In this document: positions 63,041-64,000 of the stretch, in pieces
Position numbering within the stretch: the first letter of the stretch is position 1
Layout: the number at the start of each line of letters is the position of its first letter
Source: an uncultured Candidatus Rokubacteria bacterium
GTDB lineage: Bacteria; Methylomirabilota; Methylomirabilia; Rokubacteriales; CSP1-6
Direction: 5' to 3'
Assembly (NCBI GenBank): GCA_963747235.1
Contig: CAVVEU010000008.1
Location: 512,001-576,000, forward strand
Length of the DNA: 64,000 bases
Translations under genes and position numbers: made by a program
Notes under the pieces: generated by a model
Seen by the model: the letters and a program-made list of their open reading frames with translations, nothing else
Databases searched by the model: none
What the model was told of the DNA's origin: nothing

Positions 63041-64000
63041 ATGACCCGTCAATGGCGACGTCTCGCGATGCTTGTTGCGGTTCTGGTTCTTGTCGCGGTG
63101 GTCGCGACTGCCCCCGGCCGCCCCGGCCTGGGAGCCGAGCAAGCCCATCGAGTTCGTGATCCCCGCCGGCCCCGGCGGGGGCGCGGACCAGATGGCGCGC
63201 CTCATCACGTTGCATCGTCCGAGAAGCACCGGCTTTCCCCGCAGCCGATCATCGCGGTGAACAAGTCGGGCGGCGCCGGCGCGGAAGGGTTCATCCACGT
63301 GAAGGGCAAGAAGGGCGATGCCCACACCGTGGTCATCACCCTCTCCAACCTCTTCACGACGCCGCTGCACACCGGGGTGCCCTTCAACTGGAAGGACCTG
63401 ACGCCGGTCGCTCGCATGGCGCTCGACCAGTTCATCCTGTGGGTGAATACGGATCGGCCGGACAAGATGAACTTCAAGAGCGCGAAGGAGTACATCGCGG
63501 TGGTGAAGGAGCACTCCGGCGGCGCAACCGGATGAAGATGGGCGGGACCGGCTCCGCCCAGGAAGACCAGATCCTCACCATTCAGCTCGAGCAGGCGCTC
63601 GGGGTCAAGTTCACGTACGTGCCCGTTCAAGGGGGGCGGCGAGGTCTGCACCAACCTGATGGGCAACCACGTGGACTCGACGGTCAACAACCCGATCGAG
63701 TGCGCCGGCCAATGGAAGGCGGCGCGGGTACGCCCGCTCGCGGTGTTCGACACCGCGCGCATCCCGGTTCCGGAGTGGAAGGACATTCCGACCGTGAAGG
63801 AGGCGCTCGGGGCCGACATCAGCTACCTGATGCTGCGCGGCATCTTCGGCCCGCCGGACATGCCCAGGGATGCGCTCGAGTGGTACCAGGCGCTGCTCAA
63901 GAAGGTCTACGAGACCCAGGAGTTCAAGGATTACCTGAACCAGGGGGCGCTCAAGCCCGCCTGGGAGACCGGCCCCGAGTTCGTGAAGTGGCTCGGTGAC
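63041..64000 (+). CDS. tctC: Tripartite tricarboxylate transporter substrate-binding protein (TctC/Bug), 3'-partial, frameshifted
   Basis: WEPSKPIEFVIPAGPGGGADQMAR, NKSGGAG, GNHVD, IPTVKE. Confidence 0.85.

Overview
Very GC-rich (roughly 70% by eye) bacterial chromosomal segment with about 65 tightly packed genes. Gene content and repeat style suggest Candidatus Rokubacteria/Methylomirabilota (inference, not proven). More than 15 genes carry single-base frameshifts, including leuC, oppC and tctC, most likely long-read consensus errors. I saw no rRNA, tRNA, CRISPR array, transposase or prophage. Main blocks in order: a TRAP transporter; sirtuin, FAH-type hydratase, Nudix and crotonase genes; a sigma-54 module in which an NtrC-type activator is followed by a sigma-54 promoter driving an HTH-only copy of its own DNA-binding domain, a 7TM-GAFx3 sensor and a hybrid kinase; sppA, an LLM oxidoreductase and a PilZ protein; a TetR-led fatty-acid/class III PHA cluster (phaC-phaE-phaJ-phaR, phasin, two acyl-CoA ligases) with a repeated candidate PhaR box; LysR-leuCD; queF and ychF; a RACo (corrinoid activator)-MaoC-URO-D/MtaA-M23-methyltransferase operon; opp genes; a cytochrome P460-family/cupredoxin fusion; a possible RGPP leader peptide; a caspase-fold-like protein; MocR-pdxS-pdxT; MOSC and CGNR genes with a palindromic operator; and an oxalate-oxidoreductase-like (YPIRP) three-subunit OFOR followed by tctC. 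Two small structured repeat families insert into coding sequence, and many genes look leaderless.
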